Source: Neodothiora populina
Lineage: Eukaryota
NCBI RefSeq assembly: GCF_041146345.1
Contig: NW_027191408.1
Location: 558,001-622,000, forward strand
DNA: 64,000 nt
Reading direction: 5' to 3'
Shown here: piece after piece, positions 62,590-64,000 of the stretch
How the letters are laid out: every line of letters begins with the position of its first letter
Numbering within the stretch: position 1 is the stretch's first letter
Position numbers and translations under genes: made by a program
The notes under the pieces: generated by a model
What the model was told of the DNA's origin: nothing
The model's database searches: none
The model's input: only the letters and a program-made list of their open reading frames with translations

Positions 62590-64000
62590 ATGCATTGGTA
62601 TCCACTCGGATTGTTACATCCAACCCAGGACTCCACTGAGCTTCAGCGAACTGGATCTCATGTGACTGAGGATGGTAGGGTGGACCTCTCCTTTCCTCGT
62701 CATATACATCTCAAGGAAAGAAAGGAAAAGCAGGTAGAGGAAGATGGCGGTGGCGTCGAACGTAAACAGGGTAGACGGACGGTCAGACCGAGGAAGAAGG
62801 ACTTCCATCCACCAGTTTTGGAAGAATACGCATGTGTACCGCGCATGAACATCGCTATACTAATCACAGGGTCGCGTGGAGATGTGCAGCCATTCATCGC
62901 GCTTGGCCAGATACTACAAAAGCCACCCTACAATCATCGTGTACGTCTGGGTACACATCCCGTCTTCAAGGACTTTGTGGAAGAAAATGGCCTTGAGTTC
63001 TACTCTATTGGCGGCGACCCAAGTAAACTCATGGCTTTCATGGTGAAAAATCCAGGCATCATTCCAAGTTTTGACTCTATCAAGGCGGGAGATGTTGGTG
63101 CGCGCAAGGCCGAATTGGCAGAGATGATGGAAGGGGCCTGGAAGGCATGCACTGAACCTGGCGATGGCATTACGAAAATCGATCTTGGCGCCTATCTGCA
63201 TGATGAGGACATTTTGCTATCCTTACCGCCGCCTTTTGTGGCGGATGCGATCATTGCAAATCCGCCGACTTACGCACATATACATATCGCAGAGAAACTA
63301 GCGATACCGTGTCATATGATGTTCACAATGCCATGGTCGCCTACTCGCGCCTTTCCGCATCCACTTACTAATGTGGACGCAAGCAAGGTTGACAATCCGG
63401 GTCTTGCCAATCTACTCAGTTACAAGCGTATGGAGTTGTTGACTTGGGAAGGCCTGAGTGATATCACTAATCACTTTCGAGAGAAGACTCTGAATCTTGA
63501 TGCTGTCAGTCCTCTCTGGGGACACAGACTGTTTCCCAAGCTGCGCATACCCTTCACATACTGTAAGTACGCTGCACAAGATAATGCTCGGCTATAAAAA
63601 TCGCTAATATTCACACCGGCAGGCTGGTCAGAGGCACTAATCCCAAAGCCTTTAGATTGGGGATCGCACATCAGCATCGCCGGCTTCTTTTTCTTCCATT
63701 GGCCTCAAGCTATAAACCAGATCCCGAACTCCAGGCGTTTCTGGATGCAGGCCCTCCCCCGATTTATGTAGGGTTCGGTAGTATCGTTGTAGATGACCCG
63801 GAAAGCTTGACTGAACTGGTATTCGAGGCTATAGAATCAGCCGGAGGTACTGTACATCATCGCTCTCAGATGTGATCTACTGCTGACATGTGTTTTCTAG
63901 TGAGGGCTTTAGTGTCGAAAGGATGGGGCAACGTGGGTGGCAGTAAGCCTCCAAAGAATGTCTTTCTTCTTGGCAATGTGCCACACGATTGGCTTTTCCC
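62590..64000 (+). CDS. GT1-family sterol 3-beta-glucosyltransferase-like protein, 3'-partial, with an apparent 1-nt frameshift
   Basis: [23 protein letters not shown]…[32 protein letters not shown]. Introns 63563-63622 and 63847-63900. The frame breaks at 63688-63692. The start codon is uncertain. Confidence 0.88.

Overview
Eukaryotic, intron-containing DNA from a filamentous ascomycete (Pezizomycotina; Dothideomycete-like by impression only). Introns are short GT..AG with CTRAC branch points, and there is no CRISPR array, rRNA or recognisable intact transposon. I can build about 20 spliced protein genes by hand: rps2 (partial), PPZ-type phosphatase, secreted beta-lactamase-fold hydrolase, DnaJ-X co-chaperone, DUF2235/Tle1-like hydrolase, CAP/PR-1 protein, ILV1, RCF1, ZZ+EF-hand protein, LigD-type 3'-phosphoesterase, SDR, F-box protein, mitochondrial IleRS, DUF1275 membrane protein, acyl-CoA synthetase, RPN2, eIF4E, hybrid histidine kinase, Zn2Cys6 factor and sterol glucosyltransferase (partial). 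There is also an intron-containing tRNA-Glu(CTC). The best signals are invisible in the ORF track. (1) A 25-codon proline-rich micro-ORF (MPAAVDYPPCPGPPPNRPLPPLPRS) carries a perfect class I SH3-ligand motif and has its own TATA box, AUG-free leader and strong start context, alone in an ~8 kb gene desert. (2) A complete three-exon secreted-protein gene is broken by one TAA in its signal peptide. (3) A candidate 4-nt coding micro-exon would give ILV1 a mitochondrial presequence. (4) The rps2 intron is long and structured, with a candidate poison 3' splice site. (5) The sterol glucosyltransferase has a 1-nt frameshift. All calls come from manual reading; no database searches were run.
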